Assembly (NCBI GenBank): GCA_034440135.1
Contig: JAWXBP010000249.1
Location: 14,232 to 78,231 of the forward strand
Source of the DNA: Planctomycetia bacterium
Lineage (GTDB): Bacteria > Planctomycetota > Planctomycetia > Pirellulales > JALHLM01
Direction of reading: 5' to 3'
DNA: 64,000 nucleotides
The notes beneath the pieces are model-generated. The model did not search any database. It had not been told where the DNA came from and saw nothing but the letters and a program-made list of their open reading frames with translations. The position numbers were made by a program, and so were the translations under genes. Of this stretch, positions 19,524 to 29,462 are shown one piece after another; the stretch's first letter is position 1, and every line of letters starts with the position of its first letter.

Positions 19524-22202
19524 TTATACGGAGAGCAATTCGGCGCGACGGTTGGGGAGCAATCGCCGCACGGCGGTCAGCAATTTGTCGCGGTCCATCT
19601 TGACCTGGTAATCGTCGATGCCGACTTCACGCCCGTGGGCCACGTCGTCTTCTCCCGCGAGCGAAGTCAACGCGATGACCGGCAATCCATCGAAGCGGGC
19701 GTCCGTTTTGATGCGACGGCACAGCTCGAAGCCGTTCATCCGCGGCATCTCGATATCGGTCACGACAAGGTCGACCTGGCGCTTGGGGTCCTGCAACGCT
19801 TCCCAGGCCGCCTGGCCGTCTTCGAAGGCGACCACGTCATGCCCCAGCGTTTCCAGGAAGTGCGAGACTTGCGTGCGGAAGAAGTTGGAGTCCTCCACCA
19901 GCATGATCCGCAATTCGCGAACGTCCTCGAGTCCTTCTTCCTCGGCCGGAACCGTGAGTTGCGGACAGCCTTTCGAGGCCAGCTCATGGACGTCGAGCAA
20001 ACGGACCGTACGACGATCGACGACCAAGGAACCAATCACACCCGGCTCGCGGAGCGTGCGGAAATCGACGTTCGTCGACAGTTGGCGAATCTCCACGAGC
20101 TTCGGCACAATCAGCCCGATCTCGCGGCCGCCAGCTTCGAAGACCACCACGTAGAGCCAGGCTTGGTCCGGGCGCGGCTCGGCGCGGATCAAATCGTCGA
20201 GCGCCAACAGCGTGAGCGTTTCCTTCTCGTATTCCAGCAGGCGCTGCCCGCCGACCTCGTGTACTTGCTCCTTCTGCACTCTTTCCAGTCGCTTGATGAC
20301 TGCCATCGGGATGGCAAAGTATTCTTCCGGCCCGTTGGTCAGCATGAGCGCGGCTTGCGTCTCCTCCGCTCCGCTGCCAGAGGCGTCCTCGTCTTGCTCG
20401 GCTTGGGAGTCGGAACGCTGCAACTCGGCGTAGGCGGCGATGCCGTTGGCGTCCAGGATAAACGCCACGCGGCCGTCGCCGAGAATCGTGGCGCCGGCTA
20501 GGCAGATGGAGCCCTTCAAATGTCGTCCCAATGGCTTGACGACGATTTCTTCCGAATCTTGCAAGCCATCGACAATCAGCCCGTAACGCACCGCGCCGGC
20601 GTCGACGACGATGATATCGAGATTGCGCGGCGTCCGGCTCTCGTCCAGATCCATGCGTGCCTGACGTTGTTCCGCGTTGGCGAGAATCTTGCCCAGGCGG
20701 ACCAGCGGCAGGAGCCGTCCACGCAGCTTGAGCACTTCCGAGCCGTTGATCGTGGAAATCCGCTTGTCGGCCTCGTTGGCGCTGACCCGGACGAGTTCCA
20801 CGATGGACGCTTGCGAAATCGCAAAGGGAGCGTTGCCGCTATGCACAATCAGCGACGGGATAATCGCCAGCGTCAGCGGCAGCTTGACGAGAATCGTCGT
20901 GCCGCGACCCAACTCGGACACGACTTCGACCGTGCCGCCGAGTTTCGTAATGTTCGATTTAACGACGTCCATGCCGACGCCGCGTCCGCTGACGTCGGTG
21001 ATCGTCTCAGCAGTCGAGAAGCCGGGATGGAAAATCAGATTCACTGCGTCTTCGTCCGAGAGGGCCGCCGCTAGTTCGGCAGTGAGGATGCCTTTCGAGA
21101 CCGCCTTGCTGCGCAACCTGATCGGGTCAATGCCGGCGCCGTCATCGCGTACGACGATCAGTACGCGACCGGCCTGATGCGAAGCTTCCAAGGCAATCGC
21201 GCCGATCGGCTTCTTGCCCTTCCGCGAACGGACGTCCGGCAATTCGACGCCGTGGTCGAGCGAGTTCCGCACCAAGTGCACGAGCGGGTCGCCGATGGCC
21301 TCGATGATGGACTTGTCGACCTCGACGTCCTTGCCGGAAATGTTCAGATCGCATTGCTTGCCGAGCTTGGCGCTTAGGTCGCGGACCAATCGCGGGAAGC
21401 GGCTAAACACGTTGGCGAGCGGCTGCATGCGGGTTTGCATGACCGCTTCCTGAAGTTCGCTGGTGACCTGATCGAGACGCGAAGAAATGGTCTCGACTTC
21501 CGGGCGCCCGAGCGAATTCACGGCCTGGAGCAACTGATTGCGGCTAAGCACCAGCTCACCGGCGAGATTCATCAACCGGTCCAACAAACCAACGCTGACG
21601 CGAATATTCGCGTCAGCCGCCGGCGTCGCTTCAGACGATGCCGCAGGCGCCGGGGCGCTATTGTTGGCTGTCGCACTCACCGGAGTTTCGACGTGTTCGA
21701 TAATCGGCGTCGGCGTCGGCGCGAGGGGAGGCGCGACAATCTCGACGGTTTCAATAGGAGGCGTCGGCGTCGGTTTGGCGAAGGTATTGGGATCAAACGG
21801 CTCGGGCACGTGATTCGAGTTCATATTCGCTACTCCATCGAGAGCGGAGACCAAGGCGCTCACATCGGCGCCGTTGCTGTTGGCGAGGTCATTGATCAGT
21901 GACTTCAGTTGGTCGCACGACCTGAGCAGCACGTCGACTGTCTCCGCCGTTGGCGTCAAGGCGCGATTTCGCACCAGATCCATGACGTTTTCCAGCGAGT
22001 GCGCCAGCTTGGCCACGGTGTCGAAACCGAGAAACCCGGCCGCGCCTTTGATCGAATGTACGGCGCGAAACAGCGCGTTCACGGTTTCGATATTCGAGTT
22101 GGCGCCGCCAGCTTCGATCTCCAACAGTTGCGATTCCACATGAGCGAGATGCTCATTCGACTCCGTTACGAAGTCTTGAATGATCGATTCGTCTTGGAAC
22201 AT
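19524..22202 (-). CDS. cheA: hybrid chemotaxis histidine kinase CheA (Hpt, dimerisation, HATPase, two CheW-like domains, C-terminal REC)
   Basis: Hpt FRAVHSIKGAAGFLG. HATPase LVHLVRNSLDHG...DDGAGID...GRGVGMDVV. Two CheW-like segments. REC IMLVEDSNFFR...VVTDIEMPRMNG. Confidence 0.9.
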   Translation of the reverse strand: MFQDESIIQDFVTESNEHLAHVESQLLEIEAGGANSNIETVNALFRAVHSIKGAAGFLGFDTVAKLAHSLENVMDLVRNRALTPTAETVDVLLRSCDQLKSLINDLANSNGADVSALVSALDGVANMNSNHVPEPFDPNTFAKPTPTPPIETVEIVAPPLAPTPTPIIEHVETPVSATANNSAPAPAASSEATPAADANIRVSVGLLDRLMNLAGELVLSRNQLLQAVNSLGRPEVETISSRLDQVTSELQEAVMQTRMQPLANVFSRFPRLVRDLSAKLGKQCDLNISGKDVEVDKSIIEAIGDPLVHLVRNSLDHGVELPDVRSRKGKKPIGAIALEASHQAGRVLIVVRDDGAGIDPIRLRSKAVSKGILTAELAAALSDEDAVNLIFHPGFSTAETITDVSGRGVGMDVVKSNITKLGGTVEVVSELGRGTTILVKLPLTLAIIPSLIVHSGNAPFAISQASIVELVRVSANEADKRISTINGSEVLKLRGRLLPLVRLGKILANAEQRQARMDLDESRTPRNLDIIVVDAGAVRYGLIVDGLQDSEEIVVKPLGRHLKGSICLAGATILGDGRVAFILDANGIAAYAELQRSDSQAEQDEDASGSGAEETQAALMLTNGPEEYFAIPMAVIKRLERVQKEQVHEVGGQRLLEYEKETLTLLALDDLIRAEPRPDQAWLYVVVFEAGGREIGLIVPKLVEIRQLSTNVDFRTLREPGVIGSLVVDRRTVRLLDVHELASKGCPQLTVPAEEEGLEDVRELRIMLVEDSNFFRTQVSHFLETLGHDVVAFEDGQAAWEALQDPKRQVDLVVTDIEMPRMNGFELCRRIKTDARFDGLPVIALTSLAGEDDVAHGREVGIDDYQVKMDRDKLLTAVRRLLPNRRAELLSV

Positions 22203-22641
22203 AGCAATTCCGCGGGGAAGAATGCGCTAGGAATGGGGGCGTCGTAGGCCAGGATCGCAGCGTCGCTGGTGGATCAATCGTGGCAACACGGGCGCAGAGC
22301 GAATGCCAAAACAAATCGCTCGAACCCCGTCGGCTGCCGTTACTTGCAGTGAGCAACGCTAAGTCAGAAAAACTAGCCTGATGGAGGGGAAACGACCAAT
22401 TTGTGGTTCCGCGCAATTTTCGCCCACTCGCGTAGGTGAAACCCCCGATCCAGCGACCTTCCCAAGCGCCAAGATGGCATTGCGACCGGAAAACCTGATG
22501 CAAGCAAATCTGGAAGCCGCGGCGTAGAGATTGGCTTTGAGGGCTGCGCCATTGAAAAGACGTCCGCCCGGGAGACGAACGAGCACGTTCGCAATTAAGC
22601 TCAAAGCGTACTTATTGGCTCGTGCGATGGCGCGTGCTTAC

Positions 22642-23409
22642 TTACTTCGCCCCCATCCGCAGCGCACCATCAAGGCGAATGACCGTGCCATTGAGCATGG
22701 TGTTGCCGAGGATGTGTTCGACGAGCGCGGCATATTCGTCAGGGCGGCCCAAGCGCGGCGGGAAAGGAACTTGAGCGGCGAGGGAGTTGCGAACTTCTTC
22801 ACTCATGCCCGCCATCATCGCGGTGTCGAAGATGCCGGGGGCGATCGCCACGCAGCGGATGCCATGTCGTGCCAGTTCGCGCGCGATCGGCAACGTCATC
22901 GAGGCCACCGCGCCCTTCGAAGCGGAATACGCGGCCTGGCCGATCTGCCCGTCGAAGGCGGCGACCGAAGCCGTGGTGATTAACACGCCGCGTTCGCCTG
23001 TTTCGTTCGGTTCCTGGGTAACCATCTGCGCCGCGGCCAGGCGCAACGTGTTGAACGTCCCAATCACGTTCACCGCCAATACGCGAGCGAAGCTATCCAA
23101 TCGATGCGGGCCTTGCTTGCCGACGACGCGCTCGCCGATCGCGATTCCGGCGCAACAAACTGCTCCGTGCAACCCGCCACCCTGGCTAACCGTGGCTTGA
23201 ACGGCGGCGCTGACGTCGTCCTCGCGTGTCACGTCGGCGGCGACAAACTGGGCAGCGCCGCCGAGTTTCCTGGCGGCGAGCTCTCCTTGTTCGCGATTGA
23301 GATCGGCGATCGTCACAAGTCCGCCGTTACGGACAAGCATTTCCGCACAGGCGAAGCCCAGGCCCGAGGCGCCGCCGGTGACGAGGAAGCTGTGATCGGA
23401 AAGGAACAT
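22642..23409 (-). CDS. SDR family oxidoreductase, 3-hydroxyacyl-CoA dehydrogenase type-2-like
   Basis: The ATG at 23409 gives [54 protein letters not shown] is the YxxxK region. The C-terminus [13 protein letters not shown] closely resembles the HSD17B10/FadB2 group. Confidence 0.8.
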   Translation of the reverse strand: MFLSDHSFLVTGGASGLGFACAEMLVRNGGLVTIADLNREQGELAARKLGGAAQFVAADVTREDDVSAAVQATVSQGGGLHGAVCCAGIAIGERVVGKQGPHRLDSFARVLAVNVIGTFNTLRLAAAQMVTQEPNETGERGVLITTASVAAFDGQIGQAAYSASKGAVASMTLPIARELARHGIRCVAIAPGIFDTAMMAGMSEEVRNSLAAQVPFPPRLGRPDEYAALVEHILGNTMLNGTVIRLDGALRMGAK

Positions 23410-23643
23410 TGGCAGTACCTGGTTCAACTGGGCTGGGCGAAATATGGGCGACGAAGCCGCTCTCCGCAGCAACGGCTTTGGGGCGACGCACTGCTGGCGG
23501 CGTGATTATAGAGGAATTGGCCGCGGTCCCGCCTGGGCGCGTAGTCGGCGACGGGTAAGCGGATACTTGGCGCGGGATCGTGCGGGGGGGTAAGTTAGGT
23601 TGGGCCAAATGTTTTCCAATGGACTTCAGCCACCAGATCGGCA

Positions 23644-25032
23644 ATGGGCGGCGGTTCGAGCACCGTATTCCGAAAGTCTGCGCTGGCGAGCGGACTCCTC
23701 ACGACCGAGGAGCTCGACGCCGGGGTAGCGGAGCTGTGCGCCAAGCACGGATTGGTCGCCGCCGAGGTGAACGATGAATTGCTGGCCGCCAAGCTGGTTG
23801 AGAACGGGCAGGTAAATCGCTGGCAAGCGGGACAGCTCGCCGCCGGTCGATCGAAGTTCAACCTCGGTCCCTACCAGATCGTCGATTCCATCGGCGAAGG
23901 GGGTATGGGCCAGGTCTTTAAGGCCGAGCACACCGTGATGGGCCGGATCGTCGCGGTCAAAGTGTTGCCGCGATATAAGTCCACGCCCGAGTCGGAAAAG
24001 AGCTTCATGCGCGAGATTCGCAATCAAGCTCAGCTCGATCACCATCACCTGGTCCGCGCATACGATGCTGGCCACGACGGCAATGTGAACTACCTGGTCA
24101 CCGAATTTGTCCCCGGCATCGATCTGCGGCGCTTCATCCGCCGACACGGACGCCTATCAATGACAGCCGCGGCCTCGGTGATTTCACAGGCCGCGATGGG
24201 CTTGGAGCACGCGCATAGTCGCGGCCTGATCCATCGCGACGTCAAACCCGGCAACCTGCTGGTTTCACAAGATGGCGTGGTGAAGGTGTCGGACCTGGGC
24301 CTGGCCGGCAGTTTCAATCTGGACGGCGAGGCACAGAACCTCGGAGACAAGATCGTCGGCACGGCGGACTACCTGGCGCCGGAACAAATTACCGCGCCGC
24401 AAATGCTCGGACCGCCGACGGACGTTTACAGTCTCGGTTGCACGCTGTACTACGCCGTGACGGGCAAAGTGCCTTTTCCCGGTGGGACTGCTGCCACGAA
24501 GGTTCGCGCGCATTGCACCACGGAACCGCTCGATCCCCGGCGATTGAATCCGGAACTCGAGGATGACTTCGTCGACCTGATCGCAGCGATGATGATGAAG
24601 CAGCCGCCGGAGCGGGTTCAAACCATGGGCGAGGTGGTGCGCCGCCTCAGCAAATGGGCGGATCCGCAGTCGATCGCCCATGCCGCGGCCGTCGATCATC
24701 TCGACGCCATCGCCGTGCAGAGCATTCACCCCAGCGAGCGCCGCCGCACGCCCCCCGTGCTAAGCGATACCGAGCCCAATTTCCTGGTCGAGCCCGGCCA
24801 GGAGTCCGGACCGGTCGAATCGCCCAGCCAGGCCAGCGTGAACACCAAGCCGGTGTACGGCCTGCAAGAAGAAACAGTTCCCGACTACGTCAGCCGGTAC
24901 GATCAAGCCCTGCTGACCGGGCTGAACGTCACCAAGCGGAACGATCACTCCTTCGCACTCGCCGTCATCGTGTTCTTGACAATTCTCGTCGGCTGCGCGG
25001 GAATCGCCATTTGGCTCGTAACGCGCGGCTAG
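23644..25032 (+). CDS. serine/threonine protein kinase with C-terminal TM anchor
   Basis: IGEGGMGQVFKAEH, VAVKVL, HRDVKPGNLL, DLGLAG, GTADYLAPEQ. C-terminal hydrophobic FALAVIVFLTILVGCAGIAIWLV. Confidence 0.9.
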   Translation: MGGGSSTVFRKSALASGLLTTEELDAGVAELCAKHGLVAAEVNDELLAAKLVENGQVNRWQAGQLAAGRSKFNLGPYQIVDSIGEGGMGQVFKAEHTVMGRIVAVKVLPRYKSTPESEKSFMREIRNQAQLDHHHLVRAYDAGHDGNVNYLVTEFVPGIDLRRFIRRHGRLSMTAAASVISQAAMGLEHAHSRGLIHRDVKPGNLLVSQDGVVKVSDLGLAGSFNLDGEAQNLGDKIVGTADYLAPEQITAPQMLGPPTDVYSLGCTLYYAVTGKVPFPGGTAATKVRAHCTTEPLDPRRLNPELEDDFVDLIAAMMMKQPPERVQTMGEVVRRLSKWADPQSIAHAAAVDHLDAIAVQSIHPSERRRTPPVLSDTEPNFLVEPGQESGPVESPSQASVNTKPVYGLQEETVPDYVSRYDQALLTGLNVTKRNDHSFALAVIVFLTILVGCAGIAIWLVTRG

Positions 25033-25074
25033 CGCTCCGCCAAAATCAGCAGTTCCAGTCATCCAGATTGTTGG

Positions 25075-25152
25075 GTGGCTGGGGTCGAATGTACTCATTC
25101 GCCCCCAGGTTGAGCGCGCTGGGGGCGAGCGAGTACGCTCGACCCCAGCCAC
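25075..25152. repeat. 34-nt-arm imperfect palindrome (long hairpin) between convergent genes
   Basis: gtggctggggtcgaatgtactcattcgcccccag (25075-25108), 10-nt loop, ctgggggcgagcgagtacgctcgaccccagccac (25119-25152). 30/34 positions are complementary. Confidence 0.65.
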
Positions 25153-25203
25153 TCGCGCGTTTCAGTAGCCCGAGAGCCAGGCATTGATTGTTCGCTCGCG
25201 GCG

Positions 25204-25893
25204 CTACTCGGAATCCTTCTTGATCTTGTCGGCGAAGACCTCGCGCACCTTGTCAACTTTCGGCTTGATTACGAACGCGCAGTAGCCCTGCCGGGGGTTG
25301 AGATTGAAGTAGTTGAGGTGGTATTCCTCGGCCGAATAGAACTTCTTGAACTCGGTGATCTCGGTGACGATCGGCGCGCGGAAGGCGCCGGATTCGTCTA
25401 GCTTCTTCTTGTATTCTTCGGCGAGTTGCTTCTGTTCGTCATCGTGATAGAAGATCGACGAGCGGTATTGCGTGCCGACGTCGTTGCCTTGGCGGTTTTT
25501 GGTCGTCGGATCGTGCGACTTCCAGAACACTTCCAGCAACTCCTTGAACGTAATCACTTCCGGATCGAAGCCGATTTGCACCACTTCGGCGTGACCGGTC
25601 GTGCCTGCACAGACCGCTTCGTAAGTCGGCTCGTCGACCTCGCCGCCGCTATAACCGGACGTCACGGTCTGCACGCCTTCCAACTGCTGGAAGACCGCTT
25701 CCGTACACCAGAAACAGCCGGAACCGAACGTCGCCAGCGACAGGTTCTCGGCGGACTTTGCCTCTTGGACGGGTTTCGCGGCCGGTTCCTCGCTCATCGC
25801 ATCCTCTCCTCGAAAAATCAACGCGCCCGCGGCCACCAGAATCGCCATCGCGGCGGTCGCAAATAATCGGTAACGCTTGGGCATGGGCTTCAT
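25204..25893 (-). CDS. msrA: peptide-methionine (S)-S-oxide reductase MsrA, exported form
   Basis: Signal/TM LFATAAMAILVAAGALI. Catalytic GCFWCTEAVF; GYSGG...YEAVC...GHAEVVQIGFDP. Confidence 0.9.
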   Translation of the reverse strand: MKPMPKRYRLFATAAMAILVAAGALIFRGEDAMSEEPAAKPVQEAKSAENLSLATFGSGCFWCTEAVFQQLEGVQTVTSGYSGGEVDEPTYEAVCAGTTGHAEVVQIGFDPEVITFKELLEVFWKSHDPTTKNRQGNDVGTQYRSSIFYHDDEQKQLAEEYKKKLDESGAFRAPIVTEITEFKKFYSAEEYHLNYFNLNPRQGYCAFVIKPKVDKVREVFADKIKKDSE

Positions 25894-26030
25894 TCCTCGG
25901 TGATATCGCAGTTTTTGGATGCGCGTCCCGAGTAGAGGTTACGGCGGACAGGCGAAATCGGCAAGCTGAACGGGGTTCGCCACCGCCGGAGGGTACATCC
26001 GGTCGATCAAGGGTGATATCCTAATGGTCT

Positions 26031-27050
26031 GTGCCGAACGAGGAGCCCGCATTGCCGTCCGAACAAACCATCGCTGCGACCCAGGTCGAGGTGACGGCCC
26101 ATAGCCGGCTGCATTTTGGATTGTTCTCGTTCGGACCGCGCGAAGGCCGCTCGCAGTTTGGCGGCGTCGGAGCGATGATCGATCGGCCGCGGCTGCAACT
26201 ACGGCTGGCTTTGGCCGACGACTGGTCCGCCTCGGGACCGAACAGCGACCGCGCGCTCGCCTTCGCCCAGGAGGCCGTCGCAGGCCTGCAACTGGCGGAC
26301 GATTTGCGTTGCCGCATCACGGTGCTCGAAGCGCCGGCCGCGCACGTCGGGCTGGGTTCCGGCACGCAACTCGCCTTGGCCGTCGCGAACGGGCTCTGCC
26401 GCCTAGTACGTCGACCGATCACGCGACTCGAAGAGTTGGCCACGGTGATGGGACGCGCGCGCCGCTCGTCCGTCGGCATGCACGGGTTCTTCCGCGGCGG
26501 GATGATCGTCGACGCCGGCAAGCGCCCGCAAGACGTGGTGTCGCCGCTGTTGGCGCGAATCGACCTGCCGGCGCCGTGGCGATTCGTGCTCCTGTTCTCG
26601 CCCAACGAACAGGGCTTGTTCGGCGACGCGGAAGAACAAGCCTTCGCCGAGTTGCCCCCGGTCGATGCGCCCACGGCGACAGGCCTGCGCCACCTGGCCC
26701 TCGAAGAACTCATGGCCTCCGCGGCGAACATGCGTTACGCCGAGTTCGGCGAAGCCCTCTACCGCTACGGCCGGCAAGCGGGACTTTGCTACGCGGCCCA
26801 ACAAGGCGGGCCGTACGCTTCGCCGCGTTTGGAACGCTTGGTCGAAGCCGTGCGAGAACTCGGCGCGCCAGGCGTTACGCAAAGCTCCTGGGGGCCAACA
26901 CTCTGTGTGGCCATGTCGAGCCAGACGGCCGCGGAGGAGTTCGTGCGGAGATTCGAGGCGCTGCCCGAGGCGCACGGCATGAGCACCTTAATCACGGCCG
27001 CAGCCAATCAAGGGGCGCGGGTAAGCGTGTTGTCCGACAGTTCGATGTGA
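26031..27050 (+). CDS. GHMP-kinase-fold protein, beta-ribofuranosylaminobenzene 5'-phosphate (beta-RFAP) synthase-like
   Basis: GTG start. AHSRLHFGLFSF...FGGVGAMIDRP...HVGLGSGTQLALAVANGL resembles the RLHxGxxDL...GG(I/V)G...GLGSGTQ pattern of the MptG family. Family assignment is from memory of the motifs. Confidence 0.55.
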   Translation: MPNEEPALPSEQTIAATQVEVTAHSRLHFGLFSFGPREGRSQFGGVGAMIDRPRLQLRLALADDWSASGPNSDRALAFAQEAVAGLQLADDLRCRITVLEAPAAHVGLGSGTQLALAVANGLCRLVRRPITRLEELATVMGRARRSSVGMHGFFRGGMIVDAGKRPQDVVSPLLARIDLPAPWRFVLLFSPNEQGLFGDAEEQAFAELPPVDAPTATGLRHLALEELMASAANMRYAEFGEALYRYGRQAGLCYAAQQGGPYASPRLERLVEAVRELGAPGVTQSSWGPTLCVAMSSQTAAEEFVRRFEALPEAHGMSTLITAAANQGARVSVLSDSSM

Positions 27051-27057
27051 GGACCCG

Positions 27058-27423
27058 ATGCACGACCCTCGCGTCTACTACGCCGCGGAACGCACCTTCC
27101 TCGCCTGGATTCGCACCGGCCTGGCGATGATGGGCTTCGGCTTCGTCGTCGCTCGCTTCGGCTTGCTCCTGCGGGAACTGGCGAACGCCGAGCGAGAAGT
27201 CTCGTCGACGGGGCTCTCGCTCTGGTTCGGCACGGCGTTAATTCTCGGCGGCGTCGGCGTGCTGGCGTCCGCCGTCTCCCTGTATTGCCGCGACATCGGT
27301 CGCATTCGCCGCGGCGAGATCCTCCCGGCGAAGCTGAATCTGCTTGCTGTTGGACTGGGTGTCGGCCTGGCGCTGCTGGGACTGGCAATGGCCGCGTATT
27401 TGGCTTGGTGGATGCGGGGCTAG
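27058..27423 (+). CDS. DUF202 (YidH-like) membrane protein
   Basis: AAERTFLAWIRTGLAMMGFGFVVARF plus two further TM helices; 121 aa. Confidence 0.8.
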   Translation: MHDPRVYYAAERTFLAWIRTGLAMMGFGFVVARFGLLLRELANAEREVSSTGLSLWFGTALILGGVGVLASAVSLYCRDIGRIRRGEILPAKLNLLAVGLGVGLALLGLAMAAYLAWWMRG

Positions 27424-27521
27424 CGAATGCGGCGTCCTGTTTGTGTTGACGACGATTGCCGCGTAACATAGCCGTGCCGTGCTCATCGACCGCAATGTTC
27501 TCTTCTCCCACGCCACTTCCC

Positions 27522-28679
27522 ATGGAATCGATCGTCCTCACCGACGTTTGTAAGTGCGTGCATACGCCTGAGCTGCGGCTGGGCGAGGCAGAGTTGCCAG
27601 CCAAGGCGCGCGGGTGCCGCGTGGTGAAACACACCATGCATGGCGGGCTGAGCGATGGCGTTGAGACGGTCGAGATCGACAATGGCCGCCTGTCGGTGGT
27701 CGTGTTGCCCACGCGCGGCATGGGCATCTGGGCGATGTGGCTGGGCGATCTGCGGATCGGTTGGCATTCGCCGGTGCGCGGGCCGGTGCATCCGAAGTTC
27801 GTGCCGCTCGCGGAACCTTCGGGCGTGGGTTGGCTCGACGGCTTCGACGAATTGCTCTGCCGCTGCGGCCTGGTGAGCAACGGCGCGCCGGAGTTCGACG
27901 AGCGCGGGCAACTCCGGTACGGCCTTCACGGGCGAATCGCCAATCTGCCGGCGCGCAAGGTGGAGCTGAACATCGCCGAGGACACCGGCGAGATCACGCT
28001 GATCGGCATCGTCGAAGAGACGCGGTTTCTGTTCCATCAACTGCGGATGAAAACCACGATCACGCTGGCGCCCGGCGAGAATCGCATGCGCGTCGTCGAT
28101 GAAGTGACCAACTTCTCCGCGCAGCCGGGAAGTATGGAACTGTTGTATCACATCAACATCGGCCGGCCGCTGCTGGAGCCCGGCGCCACGTTCGTTGCAC
28201 CAGTTAGGGACATGTCTCCCCGCAACGCGCGAGCGGCGGAAGGGATCGGCAACTGGCAGCGCTACGGCGAACCGACGCCCGGTTTCGTCGAGCAGGTGTA
28301 TCTCTGCGAGCTCGCCGCGGCCAATGACCAGCGGACCAGCGTGCTGCTCAAAAACGCGACTGGGACGGCGGGTTTCGGGATGCGCTTTCGACGCGATCAA
28401 CTCCCCTGCTTCACGCTCTGGAAAAACACCGGCGCGGAGAGCGACGGCTATGTCACCGGGCTGGAACCGGGCGTGAATTTCCCGAACCCTCGGTCCTTCG
28501 AAGAAAAGCACGGCCGCGTGCGCAAGCTGGCGCCGGGCGAAACGGCGCGATTCGCGCTGGAACTGGCGGGCTACGATACGTCGGACGAGGTCAACGCGGC
28601 AGAAAAGGCGGTGCGTGGCGTTGTCGCCGACTTGAATACGACAATCCATGCAGTTCCGGATGCAACTTGGTGCGCATGA
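27522..28679 (+). CDS. aldose 1-epimerase-like protein (DUF4432 family)
   Basis: VEIDNGRLSVVVLPTRGMGIWAMWLGDLRIGWHSPVRGPVHP...GLHGRIANLPA. ATG at 27522 chosen (alternatives 27456, 27495). Confidence 0.65.
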   Translation: MESIVLTDVCKCVHTPELRLGEAELPAKARGCRVVKHTMHGGLSDGVETVEIDNGRLSVVVLPTRGMGIWAMWLGDLRIGWHSPVRGPVHPKFVPLAEPSGVGWLDGFDELLCRCGLVSNGAPEFDERGQLRYGLHGRIANLPARKVELNIAEDTGEITLIGIVEETRFLFHQLRMKTTITLAPGENRMRVVDEVTNFSAQPGSMELLYHINIGRPLLEPGATFVAPVRDMSPRNARAAEGIGNWQRYGEPTPGFVEQVYLCELAAANDQRTSVLLKNATGTAGFGMRFRRDQLPCFTLWKNTGAESDGYVTGLEPGVNFPNPRSFEEKHGRVRKLAPGETARFALELAGYDTSDEVNAAEKAVRGVVADLNTTIHAVPDATWCA

Positions 28680-28694
28680 GGCAAGGAGCACACT

Positions 28695-29462
28695 TTGAAC
28701 CTTCATTTCGTTCAAGCAGCTTGGAATTCGGCAATTCGCTGCGCCTGCGCGGCAGTGCTGCTAGCGCTGGTTGCTACGAATGCAGCGCGTGCCCAGGACG
28801 CCGCCGTGGAGGAACTGCCGCCGGCGTTGACCCATTACCAGGGCCGGGAAATCGCGCAGACGATGCACTACCTCGGCGCCGATTGGCTAACTCGCGAATC
28901 CCGGCAGCGCGAAGAGGACTGCGACCGAATGTTGGCGGCGCTCAAGCTGCAGCCCGGACAAAACGTCTGCGATTTAGGCTGCGGCAATGGCTTCTACACG
29001 CTGCCCATGGCTGCGCTGGTCGGTGAAATGGGGCGCGTGTTCGCCGTCGATATTCAGCAAGAGATGCTGCACCTATTGGATGAGCGAGCCAAAGACGCCG
29101 GGCACGCGAACATCGAGCCGGTGCTCGGTTCGCCGATCGATCCGAGATTGCCCGAAGGAAAGCTCGACGTGATTCTGCTCGTCGACGTCTATCACGAGAT
29201 GTCGCACCCCGAGCAGATGCTCCAGGCGATGCGCCGTGCGCTTCAACCCAAAGGCAGGTTGGTGCTCGTGGAATTCCGTTTGGAAGACCCCGAAGTGCCG
29301 ATCAAGGTGCTGCACAAGATGAGCAAGGAACAGATCAAGAAAGAGCTCGTGCCACACGGTTTTCGGCTGGTCGAGGAATACGATGACCTGCCGTGGCAAC
29401 ACATGATGTTCTTCGAGCCGGACGCGAAGGAAGGCACGAAGAATCGCGACACCAGCCCGTAG
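28695..29462 (+). CDS. class I SAM-dependent methyltransferase with N-terminal signal-like segment
   Basis: TTG start. Motif I VCDLGCGNGFYTLPMA. The last codons (TSP-stop) lie inside the palindromic repeat at 29450-29478. Confidence 0.75.
   Translation: MNLHFVQAAWNSAIRCACAAVLLALVATNAARAQDAAVEELPPALTHYQGREIAQTMHYLGADWLTRESRQREEDCDRMLAALKLQPGQNVCDLGCGNGFYTLPMAALVGEMGRVFAVDIQQEMLHLLDERAKDAGHANIEPVLGSPIDPRLPEGKLDVILLVDVYHEMSHPEQMLQAMRRALQPKGRLVLVEFRLEDPEVPIKVLHKMSKEQIKKELVPHGFRLVEEYDDLPWQHMMFFEPDAKEGTKNRDTSP

Noticed and set aside
22281-22296. sigma-54-like element TGGCAACACGGGCGCA in the cheA upstream spacer
   Set aside because: GG and GC are at the right spacing, but the -12 TTGC box is poor. 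The element is on the plus strand, pointing at the 3' end of a minus-strand gene and away from cheA.
27483-28715. 410-aa minus-strand ORF. Similar long antisense ORFs occur at 26..1261(-), 19329..20501(+), 29073..30161(-), 30283..31485(+), 31706..32761(+), 34473..35996(+), 50532..51752(-) and 61470..62234(-).
   Set aside because: Each mirrors a gene with clear family motifs on the opposite strand. Their translations are low-complexity (R, A, G, H rich) and motif-free. They reflect codon-position GC bias rather than real genes.
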